A program made the translations under genes and the position numbers. The notes under the pieces were generated by a model. That model saw nothing but the letters and a program-made list of their open reading frames with translations. It made no database searches and was not told where the DNA came from. A DNA stretch of 64,000 nt, taken from Candidatus Bathyarchaeia archaeon. GTDB lineage: Archaea > Thermoproteota > Bathyarchaeia > Bathyarchaeales > Bathycorpusculaceae. The DNA lies in NCBI GenBank assembly GCA_049516875.1, contig JBEKSS010000009.1, positions 62,833 to 126,832 of the forward strand, written 5' to 3'. Of this stretch, positions 9,937-20,700 are shown in pieces (the first letter of the stretch is position 1; every line of letters starts with the position of its first letter).

Positions 9937-11058
9937 CTAGTCTTCTTCCCATTTGGTTATCCATGAACCTATAACAATGCATGCAACGCCCAGCACGGTG
10001 ATAATAGCAGTGTTAATGATTGCAGTCTGCGACTGTCCGAAAATCATGGATGCTCTGAGTCCGTCACTCACGTAAGTGAGCGGAAGCACCCGCGCGATTG
10101 CCTGCGGGAATAGTGGCATCTGGCTCAACGGGAAGAACGTGCCTGACAGAAACATCATGGGGAAGGTTATCACGTTCGCCGCCGCGTCCGCACCATCAGG
10201 GTCTTTCACGAACCTTGCGATGATCATTCCCAAACCCGTAAACATCAAAGAAGCCATCGCAACCATGAACAACGAAATGGCATCCACAGTCATCTTCATA
10301 CCGAACACCGCCACTCCCAAAATCAGCATAACGGACATACCCAGATAAGTTATCAGAACGTTGTACACGGTTCTGGAAAGTATCCACTCATAACGCTTCA
10401 AGGGCGTGGTTGCCAGCTTGTGGAAGACACCGTTCTGCTTGAACTGAGCACTTATCGAAACCGAAGTGAAAATGCTCGTAGTCATGGCCGTCATTCCGAT
10501 GACTCCTGGCAAAAAGAAGTCAATGTAACCATAACGCTGCGGCGCTATCGTCAAGTCCTGAACATTCAAGAAATTAACACCGTTTGAGAGGCCGAAGTTG
10601 ATGTTTTCAACGATGCTCATCACGATGCTGCGCACTATCGGGCCCGAGGACGTGGATTGATCATATATCAAAGTAACGTTGGCAGCAGTAGCGGTGCCGT
10701 TGGTGAAATAGGCCGATGTAGCATTAGTGCCGAACCCAAACGGGATTACGAGCAGACTGCTCAGCCTGTTCGTTATCGCGTAGTCTGTGGCATTAACTGA
10801 AGAGTCAATCATCTGTATGTTGAAAGGGGCGTCTGTAGCGTTCAGGTAACCTATCAGTCTATCAGACCAGTATGTTGCTTTTCCGCCGACTATGTCTTGA
10901 TTCTGAACGTAAAGGTCGTACTTCGTTGAGGATTGGCTGAAGATAGCTCCGAACAGGAGTATGAGAACGCACGGAAAGGCAATCGTCCAGAAAATGGTGC
11001 TTTTGTTGCGCAGGAAACTTCTGATGCTCGCTTTCAAATCAATTACGACGTGACTCAT
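9937..11058 (-). CDS. ABC-2 type transporter permease
   Basis: Multiple TM helices; PMMFLSGTFFP...P motif. Confidence 0.9.
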   Translation of the reverse strand: MSHVVIDLKASIRSFLRNKSTIFWTIAFPCVLILLFGAIFSQSSTKYDLYVQNQDIVGGKATYWSDRLIGYLNATDAPFNIQMIDSSVNATDYAITNRLSSLLVIPFGFGTNATSAYFTNGTATAANVTLIYDQSTSSGPIVRSIVMSIVENINFGLSNGVNFLNVQDLTIAPQRYGYIDFFLPGVIGMTAMTTSIFTSVSISAQFKQNGVFHKLATTPLKRYEWILSRTVYNVLITYLGMSVMLILGVAVFGMKMTVDAISLFMVAMASLMFTGLGMIIARFVKDPDGADAAANVITFPMMFLSGTFFPLSQMPLFPQAIARVLPLTYVSDGLRASMIFGQSQTAIINTAIITVLGVACIVIGSWITKWEED

Positions 11059-11999
11059 ATGGTGCCCTCCTCCTCTCCCAGAGTTTCCCCAGTTAGGTTC
11101 AGAAACACGTCCTCAAGGCTCGAGCGTCTGAGCTGCAGTTCGCCGAACGGAATGTCGCTGCTGCTTAGACTGTGCAGCACTTCCGAGACTGCCACACCAT
11201 GATTCAGATGAACGATTACGTCTCCCGTTGGCCCGTCATAGTTCGCTTTTACACCCAGCTTCTCTATATTCGGAACAGCCTTCGGACTCGTCTTCTTCAG
11301 TATAAGCATGTTCCTCTTGCCATACTCAGAAATAAGCCCCTGAGGCGTATCCATCGCAACGATACTACCGTTGTGAATGATGCCCACTCGACTGGCGAGA
11401 ATCTCAGCCTCCTCCATGTAGTGCGTCGTCAAGAAAACGGTCTTTCCCTGCTTGTGAAGCCCGTCGATAAGATGCCAGACGCCGTGTCGCGCCTTCGGAT
11501 CCAACCCCGCAGACGGCTCGTCCAAGAAAAGCACTTCAGGATTATTAACCAACGCGACGGCTATACCCAAACGCTGCTTCAAACCGCCTGACAAGTGTTT
11601 AAACAGGACGTTTCGCTTATCTTCCAAATCCACGAGTTTTATCAAACCGTCAACATCCGGACGACTGTTAAACATCCCAGCATAATACTGAATCGTCTCC
11701 TTGACGGTGAGCCTTTCATAAGTGTAGAAGTCCTGCGGCAAAACACCCGTCCTTTTCTTTATCGCCATCTGGTCCTTCGCAATGTCCAACCCGAGGACAA
11801 AGGCTTTCCCACTCGTAGGCTTTCGCAGGCACTCCAACATCTCCACCGTCGTTGTCTTACCCGCACCGTTAGGCCCCAGAAAAGCGAAGATCTCACCTCG
11901 ACCAACGGTAAAAGAAATACCGTTAACCGCAATTAAGTCGCCATAGCGTTTGGTAAGTCCTTCCACTTGAATAGTACTGTCATTGCTCAAACTTGTCAC
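11055..11999 (-). CDS. ABC transporter ATP-binding protein
   Basis: GPNGAGKTT, LSGG, FLDEP, TTHY. Confidence 0.95.
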   Translation of the reverse strand: MTSLSNDSTIQVEGLTKRYGDLIAVNGISFTVGRGEIFAFLGPNGAGKTTTVEMLECLRKPTSGKAFVLGLDIAKDQMAIKKRTGVLPQDFYTYERLTVKETIQYYAGMFNSRPDVDGLIKLVDLEDKRNVLFKHLSGGLKQRLGIAVALVNNPEVLFLDEPSAGLDPKARHGVWHLIDGLHKQGKTVFLTTHYMEEAEILASRVGIIHNGSIVAMDTPQGLISEYGKRNMLILKKTSPKAVPNIEKLGVKANYDGPTGDVIVHLNHGVAVSEVLHSLSSSDIPFGELQLRRSSLEDVFLNLTGETLGEEEGTI

Positions 12000-12200
12000 T
12001 TCCAGTGATTACCCGCCTTCGACATGGACTCCGTTATCTTAAACTTTTCTGTGACCTCCCAGGAAAGAACGCGTTCCTCAGGCCTAATTCTCTGTGAACG
12101 TGCATCGGTCGACAGGCGCACACAAACTGCCGCAAGTATTTTATACAAGAGTTTCCGAAGTTGCTTGCAGACAGAGAAGAGCCAAGATTCTGGGAAAAAC

Positions 12201-12497
12201 ATGTCAATCCCACCTGAGATCGCCTGGATAATCCCCGTTGTCCTACCATTCATCATAGGCCTGCTCGTGGGCGCCGTGCTCAGGAAAGCCATGAAGCTCC
12301 TCATACTCGTAGTCGCACTAATCATCATCCTCGTCGCAACCGGAATCTTGAGCATAACCTTCACCGGTCTCTTCGCCCAAGCCATGCAGTTCTTGCCCAA
12401 GCTCTACGACGTCGGACACGGATGGCTCAACGTCCTACCCTATACTTCCATTTCATTCTTGATTGGCGTCGCACTGGGATTTCTGTTCTCGAAGTAA
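12201..12497 (+). CDS. Small membrane protein (FUN14-like)
   Basis: MSIPPEIAW..., GLLVG...RKAMK, three hydrophobic segments. Confidence 0.65.
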   Translation: MSIPPEIAWIIPVVLPFIIGLLVGAVLRKAMKLLILVVALIIILVATGILSITFTGLFAQAMQFLPKLYDVGHGWLNVLPYTSISFLIGVALGFLFSK

Positions 12498-12737
12498 CGC
12501 GTGCACGACAGTGCTGCTCAATCCAGCTCAAGACATCGTCCTTCGGCGCGCGCTACAAGTCCGATGACTCAGGGTCCGTACGGCGGCACCTACTCTGTCA
12601 TGCAGACCAGTCTGGCAACAATCTTGTTTCTTGGTTTGGTGCTTTCTTTCCTCGGTGTCCTTATCGCAGAATTCGCAAGTAAAATTCGGAAGAGAGTAAT
12701 GTCCTAACCCAGGAAACGCGCGTCATGCCAACCACAA

Positions 12738-14987
12738 TTGATGAGACTGTCAAAGCAACCGTTAATAGGCAATAAGACAGAAATCAACTACGGGATGCCT
12801 GATCTACCTTCGAAAGCAGTAAACGGTTCTTCTGGAGATGCAGCGAGAATGAGCAGTGAAACGCCTTCGAATGAAATTAAGATTGAGACCAACGGCTCTT
12901 TTTTGCTGGGCAGAACCAGGAAAGATGATTCTCCGGTTGAGTTGCCAGTGCATGCTTTTAAGCGTCACTTCATGGCCCTCGGAGGCAGCGGTTCGGGCAA
13001 AACCGTGCTGTGTAAATGCGTCATCGAAGAGGCTGTGCGGAACAACATTCCAGTCCTCATAATCGACCCCCAAGGAGACATTTCCTCTCTCGCCATAAAG
13101 GGCAATCCTGAAGAACTGGAAGAACATGGAACATCCTTGGAGATTCAAGAAGAATTCTTCTCAAGGGCAAGGATAGCGATTTTCACTCCTGCCAGCAATA
13201 AGGCCATCCCCATAAGTGTCAACCCGTTCAAATCCCCCTCACAAGACATTCCTCACGAAGAAGCCGTTCAAGCTATCGACCTCACGGCTACTTCTCTGAC
13301 AAGCTTTCTCGGCTACGATCTGAACACGGACGCTGGAAAAGGCGCCAAAGCGTACATGTTCACCATACTTGAACACCTGTGGCAACAGGGGCAGAGAATC
13401 AGCGACATGAGCCACCTGGCGCATCTGGTCCTAAACCCCCCAGCAAAAATCGCGGCGACCCTCAACAGTCTTGTGGCCAAAAAAGAACCGGAAGAGATTG
13501 CGCGGAAGCTGCATTTTCTGACGGTTGGAACTTCATCATTGATGTTTCAGATGGGAGTTCAGATTGACATCAGTCTGTTCTTGGACAACAGCGACGGAAA
13601 GGTGCCAGTGAACATAATCTACCTGAATACATTAGCGTCTGAAAATGATAAGCAGTTCTTCTTGGCGACTCTCTTCAAAGAGCTCTATTGTTGGATGCTG
13701 AAGAACCCCTCAAACGATTTGAGGATGCTGTTTTACGTTGACGAAATCTCCCCTTACATCCCACCTTACCCAAGAAACCCGCCTCCAAAAAACGCGTACA
13801 CCCTTCTCTTCAAACAAGCAAGAAAATATGGTATAGGACTTGTAGCGGCCACACAAAACATCACAGACATAGACTACAAGGCTTTAGCGCAGGTCAACAC
13901 GTGGTGTCTGGGCCGCATGATGACAACCCAGGACATTGCCAGAGTCCAGAAAATCATTCAATCAATAGACCCAGCGCACGCTGACACTGTTCTGCGGAAA
14001 CTGCCAAGCCTGCGAACGGGCGAATTCCTCTTGCTCTCCCCCGACTTCTACGATGACGTCGTCGATTTTAACGTTCGCTGGTTGGCGACCAAACACTTGA
14101 CACTGGACGAAAGAGACCTCTCACAATACGTGCCCGCGGAATCAAGGATGTTCTTCGAAAAACACTTGGAAACGAAAATCACTAAGAAGTGGACCGCAGC
14201 CGCGCATTTTGCACCCTCCACGACTCTGGAGGAGAGAACCCGGCGATTTCTCTATTCAGCAAGAAAAGCAGTCTCAGCAGACTCTGTCGCCAGAAACTTG
14301 AAGACAAGTCTCGCAGACACGGAAAAAACTCTCCACAAGCTCGTCAACACCAGAATCGCAAGAAAAGGTCGGACCAAAGGCCGCAGTAAATACTTGTACT
14401 GGCTCTCAGAATTCAACCTCGACCCTTCCAGAGACATCAACGGAGAAGTCCTGACGATTCCTGCACGCATCACTCAGGTCGAAGCTTCCAAAAGAGCCAA
14501 TTCCATGCTTCAGGGCAGCTCGTACCGCAAGGAGGAAGAAATCTACGATGCCGAGCTCTCGTACATCCCCATCTGGAGAGTCACCGCGACCCGCGAAGCA
14601 ACCAGACTGCTCCTCCTCAAGAAAGAAGAAACACACACATACTACGTGAGTGCACAAACAGCTGCCATAATATCACTCGAGAAAAAAGAGATAGTCTTTC
14701 ACAAGCTGATGACGAGCGCCACCGAGAAACTGAGAAACCTGGACGAAGATGAACACATCACGTTCGTGCCCAAAATGCCCGGCGAAATTGAAAAGTTTCC
14801 ACAGATAAAACTTGGCATTGATAGAGCATATCAAACGCTAGAATTGAAGATAGGCGTCAAGCCGGTTTCAACAGAAATGATATTACTGCCAGTCTGGAGC
14901 CTGAAAGTGCAGCACAAAAAGAAAAAGACGAAACGCACCATCAGCATGGATGCAGCCACAGGCCGCTCGTTGTCTGGACATTTCTAG
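12738..14987 (+). CDS. HerA/FtsK-like (DUF87) ATPase with C-terminal HTH-like and accessory domains (true start may be 12795 or 12849)
   Basis: Walker A GGSGSGKT, IIDPQGD, Walker B FYVDE, ARKYGIGLVAATQ. Confidence 0.85.
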   Translation: MMRLSKQPLIGNKTEINYGMPDLPSKAVNGSSGDAARMSSETPSNEIKIETNGSFLLGRTRKDDSPVELPVHAFKRHFMALGGSGSGKTVLCKCVIEEAVRNNIPVLIIDPQGDISSLAIKGNPEELEEHGTSLEIQEEFFSRARIAIFTPASNKAIPISVNPFKSPSQDIPHEEAVQAIDLTATSLTSFLGYDLNTDAGKGAKAYMFTILEHLWQQGQRISDMSHLAHLVLNPPAKIAATLNSLVAKKEPEEIARKLHFLTVGTSSLMFQMGVQIDISLFLDNSDGKVPVNIIYLNTLASENDKQFFLATLFKELYCWMLKNPSNDLRMLFYVDEISPYIPPYPRNPPPKNAYTLLFKQARKYGIGLVAATQNITDIDYKALAQVNTWCLGRMMTTQDIARVQKIIQSIDPAHADTVLRKLPSLRTGEFLLLSPDFYDDVVDFNVRWLATKHLTLDERDLSQYVPAESRMFFEKHLETKITKKWTAAAHFAPSTTLEERTRRFLYSARKAVSADSVARNLKTSLADTEKTLHKLVNTRIARKGRTKGRSKYLYWLSEFNLDPSRDINGEVLTIPARITQVEASKRANSMLQGSSYRKEEEIYDAELSYIPIWRVTATREATRLLLLKKEETHTYYVSAQTAAIISLEKKEIVFHKLMTSATEKLRNLDEDEHITFVPKMPGEIEKFPQIKLGIDRAYQTLELKIGVKPVSTEMILLPVWSLKVQHKKKKTKRTISMDAATGRSLSGHF

Positions 14988-15237
14988 AAGGAACTAGCGC
15001 CGTGGTCACTTTGGAGATTTTGGACCGCAAAAGGCACGAGAGTTTCCGTTGTAGTTATGCTTAAAGCTTATCGAGCGCGCACTAGAAACTGGGAAGTTAT
15101 AGTCTTATTACTCCGTTCCTATTGAACTGTAGTCACGAGGCCCTTGGCTTGCTTCAGGTCTGAGTAATGAACTGTAAGAGTGTGCAAACGTCATGAGGCA
15201 TCTGGGAAACGAAAGGAATGGTTAGCGGTGATGGCTT

Positions 15238-15888
15238 ATGCCAGAGGCGTTTAAGGGATTTGCAGCGCGTTTGTACGCGTTTGCAACGAGAAGGATCTCT
15301 TTGTTCAGGGACTTTGACATCACAATAGCGGACGAGATTTTGAAAAAAGTCGCATTGGGGACGGTTCTGGATGTGGGGACTGGCCCAGGACATCTTCTTG
15401 TCAAGATAGCTATCAGAAATCCATCCTTGGAAGCAGTTGGACTTGATGTCTCACGGGATATGATTAGGATAGCTCGCGCAAATGCAAAGAGGGCAGACTT
15501 GGACAATGTGCAGGTTCTCGTGGGCGACGTTGCAGAAATCGGCATGCAAAATGAATCTGTGGATCTTGCTGTGGCAACGCTGAGCTTCCATCATTGGTTA
15601 AAACCAGCCAAGGCGTTCGAAGAGCTCCACAGAGTCTTGAAAAGCGGAGGAGAAGTCTGGATATACGAGGTAAACAGTGACCTGACATCACAAAGCGAAA
15701 CATGGGTGAAAACCAAGTACAACCCAATCATAAGAAAAGTTGCACCCATAGTCGTGAGAATGTTAAGTAGGCACTCCATCACAGTTGAGAATGCCCAGGC
15801 AATTCTCAGAGATAAGAAGAACAGGTTTGCCCATGCCAAGGTTGAGCAACTCGAACCTCTGCTCGTAAAGATGATATTGACTAAGTGA
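15238..15888 (+). CDS. Class I SAM-dependent methyltransferase
   Basis: VLDVGTGPG, GLDVS, FHHW...RVLKSGG. Confidence 0.9.
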   Translation: MPEAFKGFAARLYAFATRRISLFRDFDITIADEILKKVALGTVLDVGTGPGHLLVKIAIRNPSLEAVGLDVSRDMIRIARANAKRADLDNVQVLVGDVAEIGMQNESVDLAVATLSFHHWLKPAKAFEELHRVLKSGGEVWIYEVNSDLTSQSETWVKTKYNPIIRKVAPIVVRMLSRHSITVENAQAILRDKKNRFAHAKVEQLEPLLVKMILTK

Positions 15889-16187
15889 GCACAGCCCGCG
15901 CCTATTCAAGCTACATTCGTCCAAAGCGCGCTAAATCCTTTGTAATAATCGCGCGCGTGGAAAATTCCAAACAGACTGGGTTTTCATGATCTGCATGGTG
16001 GATGCTTCCAATGAATCCAATGATATGTTTCCAGATGGCATGCGTGCACATGCTTGGCTATATGGGGCCATATCATTTAGTACCAGTTAAAACCACTTAC
16101 TGCTTTACGTTTTTTATTCCATAGTGTTCATGTATCTTAGGGTGCTCCCAAAACTATTTAAATGCTCCAATTTACAGGTCCAACTGG

Positions 16188-17681
16188 TTGAAGTTGCTCA
16201 CGCATACTTATACGATGGATATACGAGGTCCCGACAAGAACCGTTTAATTCTCGGTTTGAAAACCGCCACATTCTTAGCAGCAGTTCTCGTTGTCTTTCG
16301 CCAAGACTTAGCAAAGGTGGTAGTTGACGCTTTGCAGAACGAGTCCACAACTTACGTGCTGGCTATACCCTTTCTCTTCGCCTACCTGATCTACCGTAAA
16401 AGAAAAATGTTGAGAGCGGTGATGCCGCTTGAGAGTCAGGCTCAGCCAAAAGTCTTCGGATTCTTCGCGACGATCGTCGGAGTGCTTCTCGCCTCAATAG
16501 CATTGCTGTTCTATTGGTTTGGTTCATACACGTTCACGCCTCTGGAATATCACATGTTGACCCTGCCAATCTTCGCCGCTGGCCTAACCCTAATCCTTTT
16601 CAACACACAAACACTCAGAGAATTAGCGTTCCCCTTGGCTTTCCTAATACTCTTGACGCCGCCATCAGAAATACTCAGCAATGTTGGTCCAGCTTTTTCA
16701 GTGATAAGCTCAGAAGCCTCTTATGCCTTCATACGGTTTGTAGGCATACCGTCAACTCTCACGAGTGAGTATGGCAACCCGGTAATCCAGTTGGCCAGGT
16801 CGGGCGGCCAGACGCTGGGCTTCGCCGTCGACGTAGCTTCCTCGGGCATCGGCAGCCTGCTAGGATTTCTGGTCTTTGTGGTTTTTATCGGTTACATCAT
16901 CCGGGACAAACCGTGGAAGAAACTTGCGCTGTTTCTCATTGGGTTTCCACTTATTTATGTGCTGAGCATAGCGAGAATAGCCACGATTCTCCTGATAGGC
17001 TACAACTTCGGGAGAGACGTGGCAATAGGGCTTTTCCTCCCGCTGGGCGGATTGATTCTCATATTCCTCGGAACCCTCCTGTTGCTCGTTCTCTCAGATA
17101 GAGTCTTCCACACCCAGATATTCTCCAGACCATCGCAAGAGTGCTTAGCATGCAGCATACCGCTCATAGCCGACCGAACCTTCTGCTTTTCCTGCGGCAG
17201 AATCCTGAAACCTGCAACTGCCGAATTCCACAAAACCGACGTGGTGAAAATAGCTGCAATAATTACTGTCCCAGTTCTATTAATGGGGCCGATTGTAACA
17301 TCGTCGCAAGCAGTTCTGGTCCTGTCTCAGCACAGCTTGTACGTTGCAGCGACAATATGTGCATTGCTTCCGAGCGTCGCAATTTTATACATTATTGAAA
17401 AGAGAGAACAGAATAAAGCAGATGCCCGATTCTATCAAAAGCTGTCAACGCGAAATAGGCAAGTCATCGACACGGTCTTAGAAACAGAAAAAACCACGAT
17501 ACCCACCTTGCGCGCAATCGCCGCCACATACCAAAAGAAGACAGGCGAACCGCTCAAAGATGAAGAAATGCTACAAGGGCTCTACCATGCAGAAAGAACA
17601 GGCATAATAGAAGGCGACATAGCCAATGTCCAGGACGAGCCAACACAAGTATGGAGAGGCCAACTGAAACTTTCTAAGTGA
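16188..17681 (+). CDS. Exosortase/archaeosortase family protein, apparently lacking catalytic Cys and His
   Basis: Multi-TM protein; VDVASSG where ACSG is expected; IARI; CxxC...CxxC zinc ribbon. Confidence 0.75.
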   Translation: MKLLTHTYTMDIRGPDKNRLILGLKTATFLAAVLVVFRQDLAKVVVDALQNESTTYVLAIPFLFAYLIYRKRKMLRAVMPLESQAQPKVFGFFATIVGVLLASIALLFYWFGSYTFTPLEYHMLTLPIFAAGLTLILFNTQTLRELAFPLAFLILLTPPSEILSNVGPAFSVISSEASYAFIRFVGIPSTLTSEYGNPVIQLARSGGQTLGFAVDVASSGIGSLLGFLVFVVFIGYIIRDKPWKKLALFLIGFPLIYVLSIARIATILLIGYNFGRDVAIGLFLPLGGLILIFLGTLLLLVLSDRVFHTQIFSRPSQECLACSIPLIADRTFCFSCGRILKPATAEFHKTDVVKIAAIITVPVLLMGPIVTSSQAVLVLSQHSLYVAATICALLPSVAILYIIEKREQNKADARFYQKLSTRNRQVIDTVLETEKTTIPTLRAIAATYQKKTGEPLKDEEMLQGLYHAERTGIIEGDIANVQDEPTQVWRGQLKLSK

Positions 17682-17710
17682 ACAGACGCAGAAAAAGGGT
17701 GCGGGGTGTT

Positions 17711-20700
17711 TTATCGACGTTTGCGTTTGTACATTCGAAAAGCGCCTAGTGCTGCGAAACAACCAGCCAAGCCTAAGATTGTTCCAAACAGGTATTCTGG
17801 GATCAGGGAGAATCCTGCCGTAGTCACGATCTTGTTGTTGTACAAAGCGTCAACGTCGGCATCGTACTTGCCGTTGCCATTAACGTCGACCAGAATATCA
17901 TACTTTCCAGGAGTCAAAGACTTGTTCCATACAGCGGTCAGATTAATGTTTCCCGAAGAGTCCGAAGACACAGAGGTCACGGTGCCTTGAATCCTAGCGG
18001 GGATTGTCATACCGTCAACCCATGCTGTGTCATTCACGACGTAAATGTTGTATGTCTGGTTTGGCGCATAGCCTGTTCCAGTGACATAAACCGTTTCGTC
18101 AGAATTGAAAACATCTTTCTGCGCACCTGTACCGTCACAACTTCCGATGGTAGGCCGTTCCCGAACCTGCCAGTTCCAGGTTATGGTTGAGTTCTCGGTT
18201 ATGGTAAAAGTCACAAAAGAGCCACTGCCGCTAGACGGAACAGAACCAGAACCAACCCACCCAGTACAAGTCCAAACCTGACCTGCTTCAGTCACTGGAC
18301 TCGTAACACTACAAGTAACCGAGCTACCATCGCCGTAGGGGTTATTACCAACACCCGGACTCGGACTATCATGGGCAGAAGAAACAGTCAAGTTCCACTG
18401 AACAGGCGGAGTCACAACCCAGCTCCAAGTTATGGTTGAGTTCTCGGTTATGGTAAAAGTCGTAGAAGTGTCACTACCGCTAGAGGGGACATAGAAGCGA
18501 TCGCCAACACCCGGACTAGGACTGCCATGAGCAGACACAACACCTAAGTTCCACTGAACAGGCGGAGTCACAACCCAGCTCCAAGTTATACTCGAATTCT
18601 GAGTTATCGAGAACGTCACAGAAACACCGCTACCGCTAGAAGGAACAGAACCAGAACCAACCCACCCAGTGCAGGTGTAGGAAACACCAGCCTCAACCAC
18701 AGGACTAGAAACACTACAAGTAACCGAAGCACTATCATTATACAGGTAATCGCCAACAGCCGGACTCGGACTGCCATGGGCAGAAGAAACAGTCAAGTTC
18801 CACTGAACAGGCGGAGTCACAACCCAGCTCCAAGTTATGGTTGAGTTCTCGGTTATGGTAAAAGTCGTAGAAGTGTCACTACCGCTAGAGGGGACAAGGT
18901 AATCGCCAACAGCCGGACTCGGACTGCCATGGGCAGAAGAAACAGTCAAGTTCCATAGAACAATCTGCCAATTCCAAGTTATGCTCGAATCCTGAGAAAT
19001 CGTGAAGGTCACGGAAGAGTCAGAACCACTGGACGGAACAGAACCCGTACCCGTCCAACCAGTACAAACGTAAGCAACACCGCCTTCGGTCACCGGACTG
19101 GTTACACTGCATGTAACAGAGTCACCTTCATCATAGAGGTGATCGCCAACAGCCGGACTGGGATTGTCATGAGCAGAAAAAACGGTCAACGTATGCTGAA
19201 CAGCGTTACCATGCCAATTCCAAGTGATAGTTGAATCCTGAGTTACTGTGAAAGTCACGGAAGAGTCAGAACCACTGGACGGAACAGAACCCGTACCCGT
19301 CCAACCAGTACAGGTCCAAACGGTACCACTCTCAGTCACCGGACTAGAAACACCACAAGTAACCGACGTCCCATCATTGATAATGTGGAGTCCGTTGCCG
19401 GGGTTGGGGCTGTCATGAGCAGAAGAAACGGTTAACCTGCGCTGAACAACCTGCCAGTTCCAAGTTATGCTCGAGGTCCCCGTTATCGTGAAGGTGACAG
19501 ACGATGAACTGCCGGAGGATGGAACGCTTCCTGTTCCAGTCCAGCCAGTGCAAATGTAGTGAGTACCAGACCCGTCCGACACAGGAGAAGTGACAGACTC
19601 GATTATGCTTGAGCCGGAGTCAAACCACCAGCTCAAGGGAGTTGGCGAGTCGTAAGGAGAAGAAACAGTGAGGTAATACTGGGTCTTCCAGTTCCAAGAT
19701 ATGCTTGACGGCGCAACAATCGTGAACGTCACAGACGTCGCAGAACCAGAAGCAGGAACACTTCCCGCACCAGACCAACCCGTGCAAACGAACTGAATGC
19801 CAGAACCACCGGACACAGGAGATGTCACTGAATCGGTTATGCTAGAACCAGAGTCAAACCACCCGCTCAAGGGAGTTGGCGAGTCGTAAGGAGAAGAAAC
19901 AGTGAGGTAATACTGGGTCTTCCAGTTCCAAGTGATGCTCGATGGCGTAGCTATAGTGAAGGTTATGGATGAAGCGGTTCCGGATGCAGGAACACTTCCT
20001 GTTCCAGTCCAGCCAGTGCAAACGTACTGAGTGCCAGAACCGCCAGAAACCGGAGAAGTAACAGACTCGGTAATGCTTGAACCCGAGTCAAACCAACTGC
20101 TCACAGGAGAAGGCGAATCGTGCGGAGAGGAGACAGTGAGGTAGTATTGGGTTTTGTAGTTGCTGATTATGTTTCCGTAGGTTGTGATTGTTATGGAGCC
20201 GCTTTGGACAGAGGATAAGCCGCTTGTGCTTGTCCAAAGGTACTGCTTGGTGGTTGAGCCTACGACGAGGGGTGATTGGAAAGCGAAACTGTGGGTCGAG
20301 CCCACGCTCCAAGAGAATGACACGGGTAGTTGCAGTCTAGAGTAGCTGACCGAGTCGATGATAACCACGGTTCCCGTAAAGTCAGAGCTAACTCCCACTT
20401 TATCAAACGTGACTTGATTCTGAATTATATAGTTTCCGACGACGTTTCCCGAAGCTGTCACTGTTAGTGTTCCGCTTTGGAGAGGTGACAGCCCCGAGGT
20501 TGAACTCCAAACGTATTGCTTACTGCCCACGATTAGCGGTGACGCAAACGAGAAACTGTGGCTGGACCCACTGTCCAACCATAAGGAAACAGGGAGACTG
20601 CTTACACCATAATTAACGCTGTCAACGCTTGCTACCGCGCCCGCAAAGTCCGAGCCAACGCCAGTCTGGTCGAACGTCACTTGATACTGGGTCTTCCAGT

